Below, piece by piece: positions 16,435-29,583 of a DNA stretch of 64,000 bases. A model generated the notes under the pieces. The model was not told the origin of the DNA and did not search any database. It saw only the letters and a list, made by a program, of their open reading frames with translations. Position 1 is the first letter of the stretch; every line of letters begins with the position of its first letter. This DNA comes from Trichinella spiralis (taxonomy: Eukaryota). Made by a program: the position numbers and the translations under genes. Location of the stretch: NCBI RefSeq assembly GCF_000181795.1, contig NW_003526941.1:6311422-6375421 (forward strand). The letters are read 5' to 3'.

Positions 16435-17258
16435 AAAAATAAACGGAAATGGATATCACTGTTGTATTTTATGCATGTTGTGGGAATTTAGTTGCTTAAA
16501 AGTACAAGGAGATTCAATAATTTATATTTTCTCAATTTTTTTCATCTAATCAAAATTATAGGGATAATAAAATATAGCTTTCACTGAAAATAGTTTCGAA
16601 AATAAAATACTTTTTCAGATTTATGGAAAATTAGACAGTTGTCATGAAATTTTGTAATATGCAGTTTATCTCATCACAGAAGTTAACAAGTGCGCAGCGT
16701 TGACATAATCTTGGTAAGCGGCTGCACCAGGGGGTATGCCGCTTGACAGCTCACTTCCACGTTCGTTTGCGCCTTATGATAATTTATAGCAAGACTGCAA
16801 ACTTGGTTGAGCACCGCATCAGCGCGTTTCATACAATGTGAGATAAACCTACCCGCACAAATTAAGTAACTCAACGATTTGCAATGAATTCAAGAAACTT
16901 ATGCGGTTGACAATTCTGTATTGCATTTCATGAAAAGAATAAAACAAAAGAATCACGAGTAGCATGTATTTGGTTATATTGCTGGTCGATAACAATTATG
17001 AGAAATTAGATTTATATGAGATGAAAACAGCCAAGTGCTGTCCATTCAACATTAAATAGGGGGGGGGGGGGGTGGGCAGAATTTTCAGTTTAATGCGATC
17101 TCTGTTCAGCTTAGTATTATTACGAGCTCAATGATGGGGATCATTAGACAGGAAAGGAGGGCGGGACAGCCTAGCAGGAAGGAATGAGGGAGAGGTTGAA
17201 GGATGGAGGAGGTGGAAGTTGTCATATGCGTTCTTCCACTCAATCTTCACGTATAATA
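16435..17258 (+). repeat. ~825 bp direct repeat, copy A
   Basis: Colinear, highly similar but not identical to 22049-22866 (e.g. gttaacaagtgcgcagcgttg..cttggtaagcggctgcaccagggggtatg; gggcagaattttcagtttaatgcgatctctgttcagc). Starts right after an N gap. Confidence 0.95.
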
Positions 17259-18478
17259 TTCAGGTGTAGGTTCATTTATCAATACTGCCAACATTGATGG
17301 GTATTGAGTTATTTTCTCAATGACAGAAAATAGGTGCATCTGTATAAGTCAGTGCTATTGGCGGGACAATAACATAATAGAAACTTTAAGGAGTCATTTC
17401 AAAAATGAAGGGAACGTTACTGCCATTCTGAAAGTATCAAGGGTGGTAGTATAAAAGTGTGTTCACTAGCTAACAGCAGCTTTCCTATGTCATGCTGATA
17501 CAATCTTGTGCACGATTTGAAAAGTGGCAAGCATTCAGGGGTAGGATTCTGCGACTGCAGCATCCCGGTGACAGACATTTCCTTTAAACAATTGGGCAAG
17601 TATGCTACCTTAGCAATAAACATGACAGTGGGCAGTAAAGATAATGCGGGAGGGGTTCAACTGCTATGTCAGAGTGCTACTTTACAAATGGATTTGTAAG
17701 GACGATTGAAAATTATAGCAAAATATACCATTAGTACTATTATATATTGGCGCGGCCGTAATAAAGTCTCGAATATTAGTTGAACATCATTACTGAAGAA
17801 CAACGCGTTAGCTTCCATTCAAAAAGACTAAAATTATGCAACTACAAAAAGCTTAAAAAGCGCGCATGTTTAGTGCAGTGTGTCACGAGAAAGAAAGAAA
17901 ACGTTGTATGAAAAAATAGCAAATATATGAAAATTCATACCTGTCAGCAGACTTGTCAGGGATGACGTATAAGACAAACGTAGAGTCATACATTTTGTAA
18001 CGGATGTTCGTGGTTTCTTCATATTTTCAGTCTTACAATCACAACGTATTTGTTGAACTGAACCATGAAAATGACCGAATGACGCAACGCAGTAAGTAAT
18101 TAGACCCGCCCTTCAGCAGCGAACATTTATAAATATAGTGCAGTTCTCTCAAAAAACAGAATTTTATATAATGGAACATTTGCTACCCGAATTTGAATAA
18201 CACAAAGTGTCACGTAGCGGAAAGGCCAACGGGCAGGGGCTTTACCATCACATTTNNNNNNNNNNAGGAGAGATACAAGGGGTGGAAGGAAAAGGTGGTG
18301 GGAAGTGAAAGTTACAAGATGTTAAGAAACCAGAAAGAGGGGTGGTATAAGAAAAGGTGCAAAATTGTGGTGGCGTGGGGGTGGAGTGACAAATTGTTAT
18401 GTGCCCATAAAGGATTACGCCGGGGGGGTGGGCGTCAGGCAGAAGTTGTGAAAATTTGGAAATTTTTTAAAAGATAGC

Positions 18479-18895
18479 AGCCGGGGTTGCCGTCAGATTA
18501 TGCCTCAGGGCAAAGAAAGATTTGCATATGCCCTAGGGCTATCCCCCAGGCAATTTATAGCACAATATTTGCCCTCAGGGAGCTTTTATGCAAATTTTTA
18601 ATCGCCTCAGGGTAATATGCAAATTTTTATATGCCCTCAGGCTACGCCTGGGGCTATGCCTCAGGCAATTTTTTGAAAATTTCGAAATTTTTTGAAATTT
18701 AGCCGCAGGCGTCGCCTCAGGCTATGCCCCAGGGCAAATAAAAATTTGCATATTCCCGCAGGCTACGCCGAAAGCATTTTATTGCACAATATTTGCCTTC
18801 AGGGGGATATGCAAATTTTCTTTTGCTTTCAGGCTATGCCCAAGGCATTCCCTCAGGTATTTTTTTCGAAAATTTGCATAATTCAGCACCCGGCT
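18479..18895. repeat. GC-rich degenerate minisatellite built from GCCTCAGG(G/C) and ATGCAAAT/ATTTGCAT motifs, ~225 bp higher-order duplication
   Basis: gcctcagggcaaagaaagatttgcatat..gcacaatattt..cagggag (~18501) recurs as gccccagggcaaataaaaatttgcatat..gcacaatattt..cagggg (~18726). Confidence 0.85.
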
Positions 18896-18913
18896 CCTTA
18901 CTTCTGCGATTTT

Positions 18914-19198
18914 ATACTTACGTCTAACATACCCCACTACTTACCTGAGCTCTCCCGTACTCCACTCACCGTAGAGTAACGCCTTATACTTACCTTTACC
19001 TCTCCGCTATCACACTTTAATCCACTGAACTCTACGATATTCTTCTTTATACTTACCTGCAACCTACCTTTTCATTTTACTCACCTGCACCCTACGTTAT
19101 CGTACTTACCTTCAGTACTTACCTGCAGTCCATTTACCTGCACGCAATCACTTTAATATATCCTCTTCGACTCTACTTACCTGCATTCCACTTACCTG
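18914..19198. repeat. Array of (T)ACTTACCT(G) motifs
   Basis: ACTTACCT at about 18939, 18988, 19051, 19104, 19117, 19175 and 19190, plus variants ACTCACCG (18964), ACTCACCTG (19079) and ATTTACCTG (19132). Confidence 0.9.
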
Positions 19199-19754
19199 TG
19201 CGCTGTTCTTTGATGCTACGTACCAGTATTTTACGCTATCAGATCCCTAGTGCTCTTAATGGAGATTGTAAAAGAGAAAAAATTCTAAAAAATAAAATTA
19301 GAAATAAAATTCTAAAAGATTCTAAAAAGACATGCCATAATTCTAAAATTCATAGTTGAATATAGTTGAATTGAATATAACAGATATAGATATAACAGGT
19401 ATGTAATAATAATAGAAATAAATATAACAGCAGCATAATAAAAATAACCACTTACGTCATTCGATGGAGATCATTCAAGATGCGGCTTTCGTCTTCACAG
19501 TTGCGCACTAAAACATTAAATACAAAACAGTTCTCCTACAAAAAAATAATGCAATTCTTCCTTACCTTGCATGACAAGGAAAAACATCAGAACCGTAGGA
19601 ACCGCAATTTTAAAGTGCCATCAGCTGCGACTAAACAAAAATTTTCTGATGATAACGTAATCCATTGCTATCAAGAACAAAATGCTGGGATGTACAGCGA
19701 CCTGTTCTCTTTATTTAACATATTTCATTGCTGTCATAATATCAAATTCCTTCT

Positions 19755-21144
19755 TACTATTTGTGATAAGCAAAGGCACACTGGGACGGCTAGGAAACGC
19801 CTTTACGACCATTTGATTCGCTTGATGTTACTGTAATGCTGTCATGGATAAAATCTGCACATTTTACGTATGCAGGTGCAATCAGGAGCAAATTAAATAC
19901 TTACGGATGTTTGTGATGTCACATTTAGAACAAACCAATGTGAACATGACTAATCACGGTGTCCAGAACGAAACGAACTTGAGAACAGTTCAGCTAATGA
20001 TGTTATCTGTTATTATGGATATTCATGTATTCATATTCATATTCAGATAGATATTCAAATTTAATTCATGTAACACTCGCATTTTCCAGATTAATCAATC
20101 AAATTCAATACTTACTGATAAACGATACTATTTGTGATAAGCAAAGGCACACTGGGACGGCTAGGAAACGCCTTTACGTCCATGCGGACACGGGTTGCAA
20201 ACGGTACAAGCTTCAAGGGATGACGTAATCCACAGCTATTATAAACAAAAACTACTTACTAATTTTTGTCATATCACATTGGAAACGCACTGACAGCAAC
20301 AAGCACCAATATATTGTCAGGATTTGTACGAACGCTGCGACTGACTCAGCAAAATCTGCTACAATTACAATCCATTCCTTCTTACATTTATGATAAGTGA
20401 AACCACACTAGAACTGGGAAACGTCACTGCATCAAACACCGTACGATCTAACTGCCATCAGGAGCAAATTCAATACTTAACGATGTTTGTGATGCCAAAT
20501 TTAAAACGAAATGATGTGAACATGACTTACCACGTTGCCCAGAGCAAAAGCAACACCATAAAAACTCAGCTGATGACGTAATGTGTAATTACAGAAGTTA
20601 CCTAATTCTACCTATATCTAATACGCCTATGGTCTTGCTATCTAATTAAACATATTCAACACTTAGCGTTCAAAAAACTTATGACAAAAAACAGTAAGTG
20701 TAAAAAGCATCAACAGGTGGTAGTGCTGCTCTGTGATGACGTATTTATCGACGTGATTACGAATCTGTAAAAAAACCACATGCTCAATGACGGATAGTTA
20801 CGAAAGAATGCAGCAATTTCATCTATATCTAAACTTGATTTGATTCTGAAGTGCTGTGTGCGCTGAAGTGTTGTGTTGTGTGCAAGTGTGCTGAAAAGTA
20901 AAGCATGTTAAACAAAATTGATATAAAACAGCCATATTATAAAACATTAATTGAAGACAAATAACAGTGTATCGTTGTTCCTTAATTCCCAGAGCAAAAG
21001 GAACACCATAAAAACTCAGTTGATGACGTAATCTGTAATTACAGAAGTTACCTAATTCTACCTGTATCTAATACGCCTATCGTCTTGCTATCTAATTAAA
21101 CATATTCAACACTTACTGTTTTTTGTCATAAGTTTTTTGAACGC
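19755..21144 (+). repeat. Patchwork of internal duplications
   Basis: Exact 53 bp duplicate 19755-19807 / 20126-20178; diverged ~100 bp duplicate ~19880-19980 / ~20457-20555; near-identical ~128 bp duplicate 20538-20665 / 20988-21115. Confidence 0.9.
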
Positions 21145-22048
21145 TATGTCAGCAACTCCAACAACCACTGTTCAACAGCTATTACCTGTCTTTACTGATA
21201 ATAGATTGCATCTGGGCATTTTCAAAATGTAGCAAGGCAAATGTAATATTCAATTCTTCAAAGAATTGAATCAAGGGCACCTAATCTATGATATCACATA
21301 CATGATAATTTAACATTAATGCTGCAGTTAGAATGAAAGTAATGTGGCGCTATTGGCACTGCCACCTTCAACCTAAATTTAGCAAAAAAATAAAAGTAAA
21401 AAGCAAGGCATATTCATCATGATGCATAGTTACCATATTCAGTTAGTTTTCAGAATTTGGTTGTTTCATATTCATGGATATGAAAATAAAATAATGTAAA
21501 TTCTAAAATTGAATTATATTAATGCAGTCATCTATAAATAAAGAACAAAAATAGATACTTCTTCGTCTTCAGCATCTGATGTATCTAAAACTTAGCAATA
21601 ATAACACTAGAAAGACACCCGCCAGTTTCCATTCACCATATATGTTAAGCAACATGCATAGCATACCACCACCAAAATATCAAATCCAACTTACCAGTTA
21701 TTCATGGATGGTGTTGAAGAGCGGAATTATAGTTGACCACGTGCTAGATTGATAGCATTGCAGTGAACTGCATAACCTAATAAAATCGATGTGCTTGGTG
21801 AATTGTATAATAAGTAAATTATGCAAATGACTATTTACTTTGCTTCACGAAGAACACCCTAATTTTCCATCAGTAATAGCGCACTAAAATAAACAATATG
21901 AACAACATTATGAACCGACACGATGAAATTTATTACGTTTCTATTTACACATTTCATATTACTACGTAATATGGCATTGTTATGCAAATATTTTTCCCTA
22001 AAATTACCTAAAAGGAAATATTATTAACCTGAAGCATCGAAAATTACT

Positions 22049-22866
22049 AAAAATAAACGGAAATGCTATAACTACGTATTTATGCATGTTGTATAATTCA
22101 GTTGCTTGAAAGTACAAGGTGATTCAATAATTTATATTTTATCAATGTTTTTCATCTAATCAAAATTATATGGATAATGAAAAATAGCTTCCACTCAAAA
22201 TATTTTCGAAAATAAAATACTTTTTCAGATTTAGGAAAATTAAACAGTTGTCATGAAATTTTGTAATATGCAGTTTATCTCAGCACAGAGGTTAACAAGT
22301 GCGCAGCGTTGCCATAATCTTGGTAAGCGGCTGCACCAGGGGGTATGACGCTTGACAGCTCACTTCCACGTTCGTTTGCGCCTTATGATAATTCACAGCA
22401 AGAGTGCAAACTTGGTCGAGCACTGCATCAGCGCGTTTCATACAATGTGAGAAAAACCCTAATCGCAGAAATTCAGTAACTGATCGATTTGCAATGAATT
22501 CAAGAAACTTATGCGGGTGACAATGCTGTATTGCATTTCATGAAAAGAATAAAACAAAAGTATCACGAGTAGCCTGGATTTGGTTATATTGCTGGTCGAA
22601 AACAATTATGAGAAATTAGATTTATATGAGATGAAAACAGCTAAGTGCTGTCCATTCAACTCGAAATAGGGGGGGGAGGTGGGCAGAATTTTCAGTTTAA
22701 TGCGATCTCTGTTCAGCTTAGTATTATTACGAGCTCAAAGATGGGGATCATTAGACAGGAACGGAGGGCGGGACAGCATAGCAGGAAGGATGAGGGAGAG
22801 GTTGAAGGATGGAGGAGGTGGAAGTTGCCATATGCGTTCCTTCTACTCTATCTCCACGTATATAAT
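22049..22866 (+). repeat. ~820 bp direct repeat, copy B
   Basis: Second copy of 16435-17258, ending just before the large N gap. Confidence 0.95.
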
Positions 22867-22881
22867 TCCCGGCCTTGCTTC

Positions 22882-23869
22882 NNNNNNNNNNNNNNNNNNN
22901 NNNNNNNNNNNNNNNNNNNNNNNNNNNNNNNNNNNNNNNNNNNNNNNNNNNNNNNNNNNNNNNNNNNNNNNNNNNNNNNNNNNNNNNNNNNNNNNNNNNN
23001 NNNNNNNNNNNNNNNNNNNNNNNNNNNNNNNNNNNNNNNNNNNNNNNNNNNNNNNNNNNNNNNNNNNNNNNNNNNNNNNNNNNNNNNNNNNNNNNNNNNN
23101 NNNNNNNNNNNNNNNNNNNNNNNNNNNNNNNNNNNNNNNNNNNNNNNNNNNNNNNNNNNNNNNNNNNNNNNNNNNNNNNNNNNNNNNNNNNNNNNNNNNN
23201 NNNNNNNNNNNNNNNNNNNNNNNNNNNNNNNNNNNNNNNNNNNNNNNNNNNNNNNNNNNNNNNNNNNNNNNNNNNNNNNNNNNNNNNNNNNNNNNNNNNN
23301 NNNNNNNNNNNNNNNNNNNNNNNNNNNNNNNNNNNNNNNNNNNNNNNNNNNNNNNNNNNNNNNNNNNNNNNNNNNNNNNNNNNNNNNNNNNNNNNNNNNN
23401 NNNNNNNNNNNNNNNNNNNNNNNNNNNNNNNNNNNNNNNNNNNNNNNNNNNNNNNNNNNNNNNNNNNNNNNNNNNNNNNNNNNNNNNNNNNNNNNNNNNN
23501 NNNNNNNNNNNNNNNNNNNNNNNNNNNNNNNNNNNNNNNNNNNNNNNNNNNNNNNNNNNNNNNNNNNNNNNNNNNNNNNNNNNNNNNNNNNNNNNNNNNN
23601 NNNNNNNNNNNNNNNNNNNNNNNNNNNNNNNNNNNNNNNNNNNNNNNNNNNNNNNNNNNNNNNNNNNNNNNNNNNNNNNNNNNNNNNNNNNNNNNNNNNN
23701 NNNNNNNNNNNNNNNNNNNNNNNNNNNNNNNNNNNNNNNNNNNNNNNNNNNNNNNNNNNNNNNNNNNNNNNNNNNNNNNNNNNNNNNNNNNNNNNNNNNN
23801 NNNNNNNNNNNNNNNNNNNNNNNNNNNNNNNNNNNNNNNNNNNNNNNNNNNNNNNNNNNNNNNNNNNNN
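22882..23869. other. Assembly gap (N run); smaller 10-N gaps at 16425-16434 and 18256-18265
   Basis: Runs of n in the sequence. Confidence 1.
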
Positions 23870-25793
23870 AAAAAAAAAAATGCAATTTACCTATTGCTCT
23901 GATGATCTAAATTCTGAACATATAATAAAAAAATGATGATAAAGTGAAATAACTATCCCGATTTGCATGATAGAAAACATTATCCGCTTAGAGAGATTCG
24001 ACATTTTCTGTTCACAATGAAATAAATATAACGCAATACGCAAATGAAAATTGAAAATCAAACGTATTGTACAGTTAAATCTAGACGCCTTTGGAAAATA
24101 ACAAATTGTGATATGAATTTTTTGAAACAGCTCAACGTTGAACCATGCATAATTGAGAATTACGCTGTAAGTGTTTTTCAATTTTGGTTCACATAAAAAT
24201 TAGAAAATACTTAAATACTTAAATATGCATTCACAAGTGAAAACATCTCAGGAAAATATGCTTTAATATCAAATTTTTACCTTGTTATAGTTTCTTTTAC
24301 TTGCACTTTTGTTACGCAGCACAACAGTTCATGGAAAATCACTCAAATGAAATTTTAATTATGATGCAACCTTTGCTTCTCCATCATTCGGCTATTACTT
24401 TGTAACCTTCATATCGGTGATTCGGCAATCAATATACTGTAATTAAGGTATTTTTAATTAGAATTACATTTCCATAATCCTATTTTTACAATATATTTTA
24501 ACTTAATCTTAAAATAATTTTTCCCAATTCCATGTTTTAGCTGTTATTCATTTCAAAGAATTGATTGTTTAATTAATAACGGTGCAATCAGCTTTTGACC
24601 AATCTCTTTGAACACAATGGAAATTATGGCAGAAAGTAAAGGAAAAAGAAGTTAAACAACATTAACGTTTATTGTAAACTTCAGCATAATGAATAGATAA
24701 TTTAATGTAATGCATATGCAGTTTAAATTATTGAAAATTATGCATCGTTATTTACAAGTTTGAAAAAAGGTTAAATAATTGCAAGTTTTCAGTCTGTATG
24801 TTACGTTTAAAAGTCTGGAATCGGTAGCATTGCTATATTTTGATACAGCCAAAATCCATCGTCACTATTAGACAATCAACGAGTAAAGTGAACAAAACGC
24901 GCTGCGCTACTGATAAAACTTGCGTTTCGAGAAAAGCCGATTTGCATAATTGAAAAATAAATCTTACATCGCGTGTACGTTACAATAAAAGAACAAAATT
25001 ATAGGTTGATTTTGTAAACAGTTATATATTTCAGTTTTTTTGACATCAGCAGAGAAACAAAACTCTAGATAAAACAACACCACAAGTACGAAACGAGGAA
25101 CTTAAGTAAATTAATATGAAAATTCACAGCATTATTAAACAAATCAATTGATCGAGAAATTCACTAATCACCAAACAAAGAGTCTCAGCGCTTGCATCGC
25201 ACCCGCATTTATTTGTTCACCAGCTACAATTAATTTTAAACTGCTTCTATTATTGATTAATTTACTTATTACACCTTTTAATTTAAATTAATTTATTTGT
25301 TATGCAGTCATTTCTCTTTGTTAATTTTGAAACTGGAAAATATTTAACTTTCCCATTGAATTGTAAAATATGCAATAAAACCTTAACATCATTAATACTG
25401 TAAATATTTTCAACTTTTGTAAGATTCTGTAGTTCCATAATAACCTTTTTAGTTAAGGTTTTAACTTTTTCTTTAAACTTACTTTGTTTAACAAATGTTC
25501 ATCTTCTTCTGCTCTCTTCACATCGTTCTGAAGATATTCATTAATCTCTTACATTTGTTCATGCTTTTTCCTTTATTGCATACTGCGAACGACCATTCGT
25601 CATCTTAATAAGTATGCTTTGCTAAAACAAATGGCATTAAATTACTTTTATATTATTATTATAATTATAAATAGCATAATAACATCAATATTTTAGCTTA
25701 AATATGTATGTAATATATGTGTACATACGTAATACATTTGCATAGACTTTGTTGACGCATAATTTGTAAAATTTTCTGCTTTACATGACAGGC

Positions 25794-28700
25794 ATGGAAT
25801 CATCTTTGGAAGTGACGTTTGTTCTCGATCATGGAACATATTTCGCTCAGCGTTGTTCGCAAGTTAGTGTTTATATGTTAGAAATTAATTTCACGAAACT
25901 GCAATTAGGAATTGCACTTTTCAGCCTGTAAAAGTAAATCATCCATCGTTTCCTCAGTCATCAAAAACAAATGCTGAAGATAAGCCGTTCAAGTGGTCAC
26001 TGTCTATTTGGTCCTGCACTGTACAAGCTTTGTTCGAATACCGTCGCATTGTTTGTGATCTTTTCGGAGATCCAGGAAAAATTTGCATTACCATTGTTGA
26101 CCAAAGTTGTCGAACCGTGGACGTTAAATTTCTACACTCTGATGAGACGGTATGTTTCTTTTGAAAAATGTATTTTTTTATTTACTATGATTTGTTTAAT
26201 TTCGAAATTTTTGCTTCATTCTGATTAAACTGAATGTACATAACCAGTGCATTTTCTGAACTACAGTAAGTGATGTTCATATTAACCAGGAGCACTGTAA
26301 TAATGAAAATGCAAGATTAATACAATATTTTGATTAATATTAATAATGATGAATATAACGTTAAGAAGCATAATTCAACAGCAGGCAAAGTTCGTTTCTA
26401 TCAGTGAATGTGCATTATGATAATTTAAATAAGGTAAAATGATAAGTGCTAAATATAGCAGCTAAGCGAGAAATACTGCACGCGAGAATAGCAGTAAAGG
26501 CAAATTTAAATATTCAGTTAGACGAGTGGCTGAAAACAAATGGCGCGTTCACCCTAAAAGAGAATGACAATGGTCCTCCTTCTATTTTGTCTGGAATTAA
26601 GATGGCTATTGATAGAATGGATACGGAAAATACTGGTAAAACAACTGCAACAAACCGTCCAAATCGTATTATCACCATTACACATTTTAAAGAGTAAGTC
26701 ACATTTCATGGCAATTTAAATGAATAACAAACAAAAAGAAATAAATGAATAATCGAGCATATATTTAGTGAAGCAGAGGTGAAAACGCTGTTAGATGAGA
26801 TTTATAATCATATGCTTACCGTGCCAACAAGGTATTTGCATTTTTGTTTTTACATAATATTTCCTCTGTAGGAGGAGCATGTTGATTTTTCTATATGTAG
26901 AAGTGATTTTGAAATTTGTCTGATCAACACTTATCCCGACAAAGTCGACGGCGCAGTGAAGCCCATGCAGTTTGAGACGGTGAAGTTTTTTCAAGACAGA
27001 AAATTGGCAGTTCGTCTTTTTGTAATATCTAAAAATGGAAAATTAATAAATAAAATCAATTAACAAGTTCTGTATAAATCATTTCAAGGTAGACGAAGAA
27101 CTTTGCTGGCTTTTAGACCACCAGAAAGACTACAACGCGCAAACCGATTGGCTGTACGAAGACAAAGATTCAAATGATGATGGCAGTCAAGTAAAAGTAA
27201 TTTTCTTTAATAAAAATGAAGTATTAAAATGTTCACGTGACTGTAGATAGAGGAAAGATCATCTTCATTGTTACCAGAAATTGGAAACATCAGGATGATG
27301 TCTTTACAAGAATCTAATGCTGAAGATGGTGAATCACCATGGTGCAACTTCACTTGTGTAAATAAGATTGAACAAAACACGAACACGCTTCGCGTGTATT
27401 TATACAACTGCGAAGCTGGCTCACCACTGTTTAACAAAATTTATCAGATTGTCCAACGACATTATGATCTTGCATCACTGACAGTATGCAACATACCGAT
27501 GAAAGTAATCGTACAATGTTACCTGCCGTTATGTTAACTTTCCTTTTCCTGATAAAAAAATAAACAAGTAAATAAATAAATAAATAAATATGTATATATA
27601 TACAGGAAGAAGTCAGTGAAGCGGAAAGTGGTTCAAAACCATACAGTGTAGAATTGCTGCATCCTAGAAAAGTGTTGGAAGATGTATGGAAAGCTGGTAA
27701 ATGACTGTTTCACTTTGAAATTTGAAAAACAAAAAAAGATGCTCTACTGTTATAAATAATTTCAAGGGTTAATTAGAAGTAATGGTACGATTTATGTGAC
27801 AGCTGTTAATTCCACATATATGACATTCAAAGTGAACTGGGGTTCGGTATGGCGATCGCACGAAAAAGATCTTCAATTTTCAACCATGGCCGTTCCTTGT
27901 ACACCAGTTTCAATAAACCAACGCGAGACGATGTGCTTAACTAACTACATATTGAGTGGTATACATTTGATTTGATTTGATTTAGCTTTTTCTTCGATTT
28001 AACTTGCTTTGCATAACTCTGACAATAATCCTTAAACACAGGTCGAATAGTGTTGATATGTGTTGATTTACCTGACGACGGCCGAATTTACACGCACGCG
28101 TTAGTTAGTCGCAACGGTCGATTATATGTGCAAAGCTTGCAAATTGGTCGATCATCGTTTGAAATGTTGCCGTCAGTAAAAAATGGTCCTGGAACAGCGG
28201 TCACTGATTATCGTGTTAATGTAAAGCAAATGTTTCTTGAACCAACAAACACGAACAGTTTTCCCCTTCTTGCTTTTATGCTTTATTTATTGTTAGGCAT
28301 TTCAACAATTAATTGAAGACTCACTTCTGAAACCTGGTGGTCCTACCATTCCAAAAGGAACAGGTATTTATTTTCTTCTTCAACTGTCTAAAAAAATAAA
28401 TAAATAACGGTAGATATTATAAATAATAATAATAATAATAGCGGTTGTTTATGTTTTTAGCTGAAAAACATTTGATTGAAACTACTGAATACTGGCCAAT
28501 AAATAACAGCAGTTCAGTACTGTTTGCATTGAGCAGTCGTCTGGAACCACTCCTGTCACACATGCGCAAAAAAATACTCACCGAATGTGATCAAGAAGAA
28601 TGTCGACGTGTTTTGCTGGATATTAACACCAGTTTCCTTAAAAATGAACCTCTACCAAGCGGAAATTGTAAAAAAATGGCTGGAATGACACCGTTAGTAG

Positions 28701-29111
28701 TTTCAGTTTTTACAGAAAAGAATATATTTATGTGTGAATTGTTTGTTACAGGAAACAGCAATATTCTGTATTATGGGCAGAACTGAACAAATATGTGAGC
28801 ACTTACGCACACCATTCTAAAGCTCATGAGTCTCTTCTCGTTGCTTTGCAACAGGTTACTCAGAAAAGTGGCACTGTTCAAAAAGAAAGCAAACAATTGT
28901 CGATACAGTACATTCATTATTCATGATTGTATTCATATATTATAAATACTTACTAATTGAATGTTGATCTTGTAGGAAGTTGAAAACAGCTGTCCATCAG
29001 ATGGAATTGATCGAACAAGCATTAGCAGACGAAGCAGGATTGCTGTGTGGTGATGATGATGGAGAACTTGGAGAAGTAGCAGGTAAAATAAATAAATATA
29101 TAAATAAATAA

Positions 29112-29143
<32 letters not shown>

Positions 29144-29337
29144 CAAATTAAACTGCTGGTGCAATATGAATGACATAATTCTTTCTAGGCAAACAGTCAT
29201 TACTTGATTATTGCTCGCAGGTGCATCATGAAGAACATTACACGAAATGGCGAGATTTCGAAGGAAGGGTAACGATGAACGCTGGTGGTGAAGTGATCCT
29301 ATACCGCAACTTGGGCAACAAAGCTGACAAGAATTGA
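25794..29337 (+). CDS. INTS13: Integrator complex subunit 13 (Asunder), multi-exon
   Basis: Spliced translation gives VTFVLDHGTYFAQRC, SIWSCTVQALFEYRRIVCDLF, YSVELLHP, TPVSINQRETMCLTNYILSGR, THALVSRNGRLYVQSL, VTDYRVN, TEYWPI, QYSVLWAEL and C-terminal SLLDYC..RDFEGR..ILYRNL. These follow the order of the INTS13/Asunder conserved blocks. TGA at 29335-29337. Confidence 0.9.
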
Positions 29338-29583
29338 CATTAAAAAAATATACACGCATATTACACGTGTTATTATTCATTGATCAAAAAATAATAAAGA
29401 AAAACAGTATACAGCTATTGCAATTCGTTGATAACTGTTGAATTTTCATGATTGAATAATACTTCAGCTTTTGTTGATAACGGCGTTTCTAATATGAATA
29501 TGATTGCGTTATGCCTCCTACACTTGTTTTTTTTACGTAGCTTGATCGTTTGGTTTCCAAAATTCCTAGTTTCCACCATCGAA

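Noticed and set aside
17417..17699. Short ORFs inside the repeat complex as transposon proteins
   Set aside because: Under 70 aa, with no reverse transcriptase, integrase, transposase or helicase motif recognised.
18938..19198. U1 snRNA gene(s)
   Set aside because: Only the 5' 9-11 nt of U1 recur; no U1 stem-loops or Sm site follow any copy.
18479..19198. CRISPR-like array
   Set aside because: Eukaryotic context, short degenerate repeats with irregular spacing, no cas genes.
22645..23936. Long ORFs of 345-421 aa
   Set aside because: Almost entirely X residues translated from the N gap.
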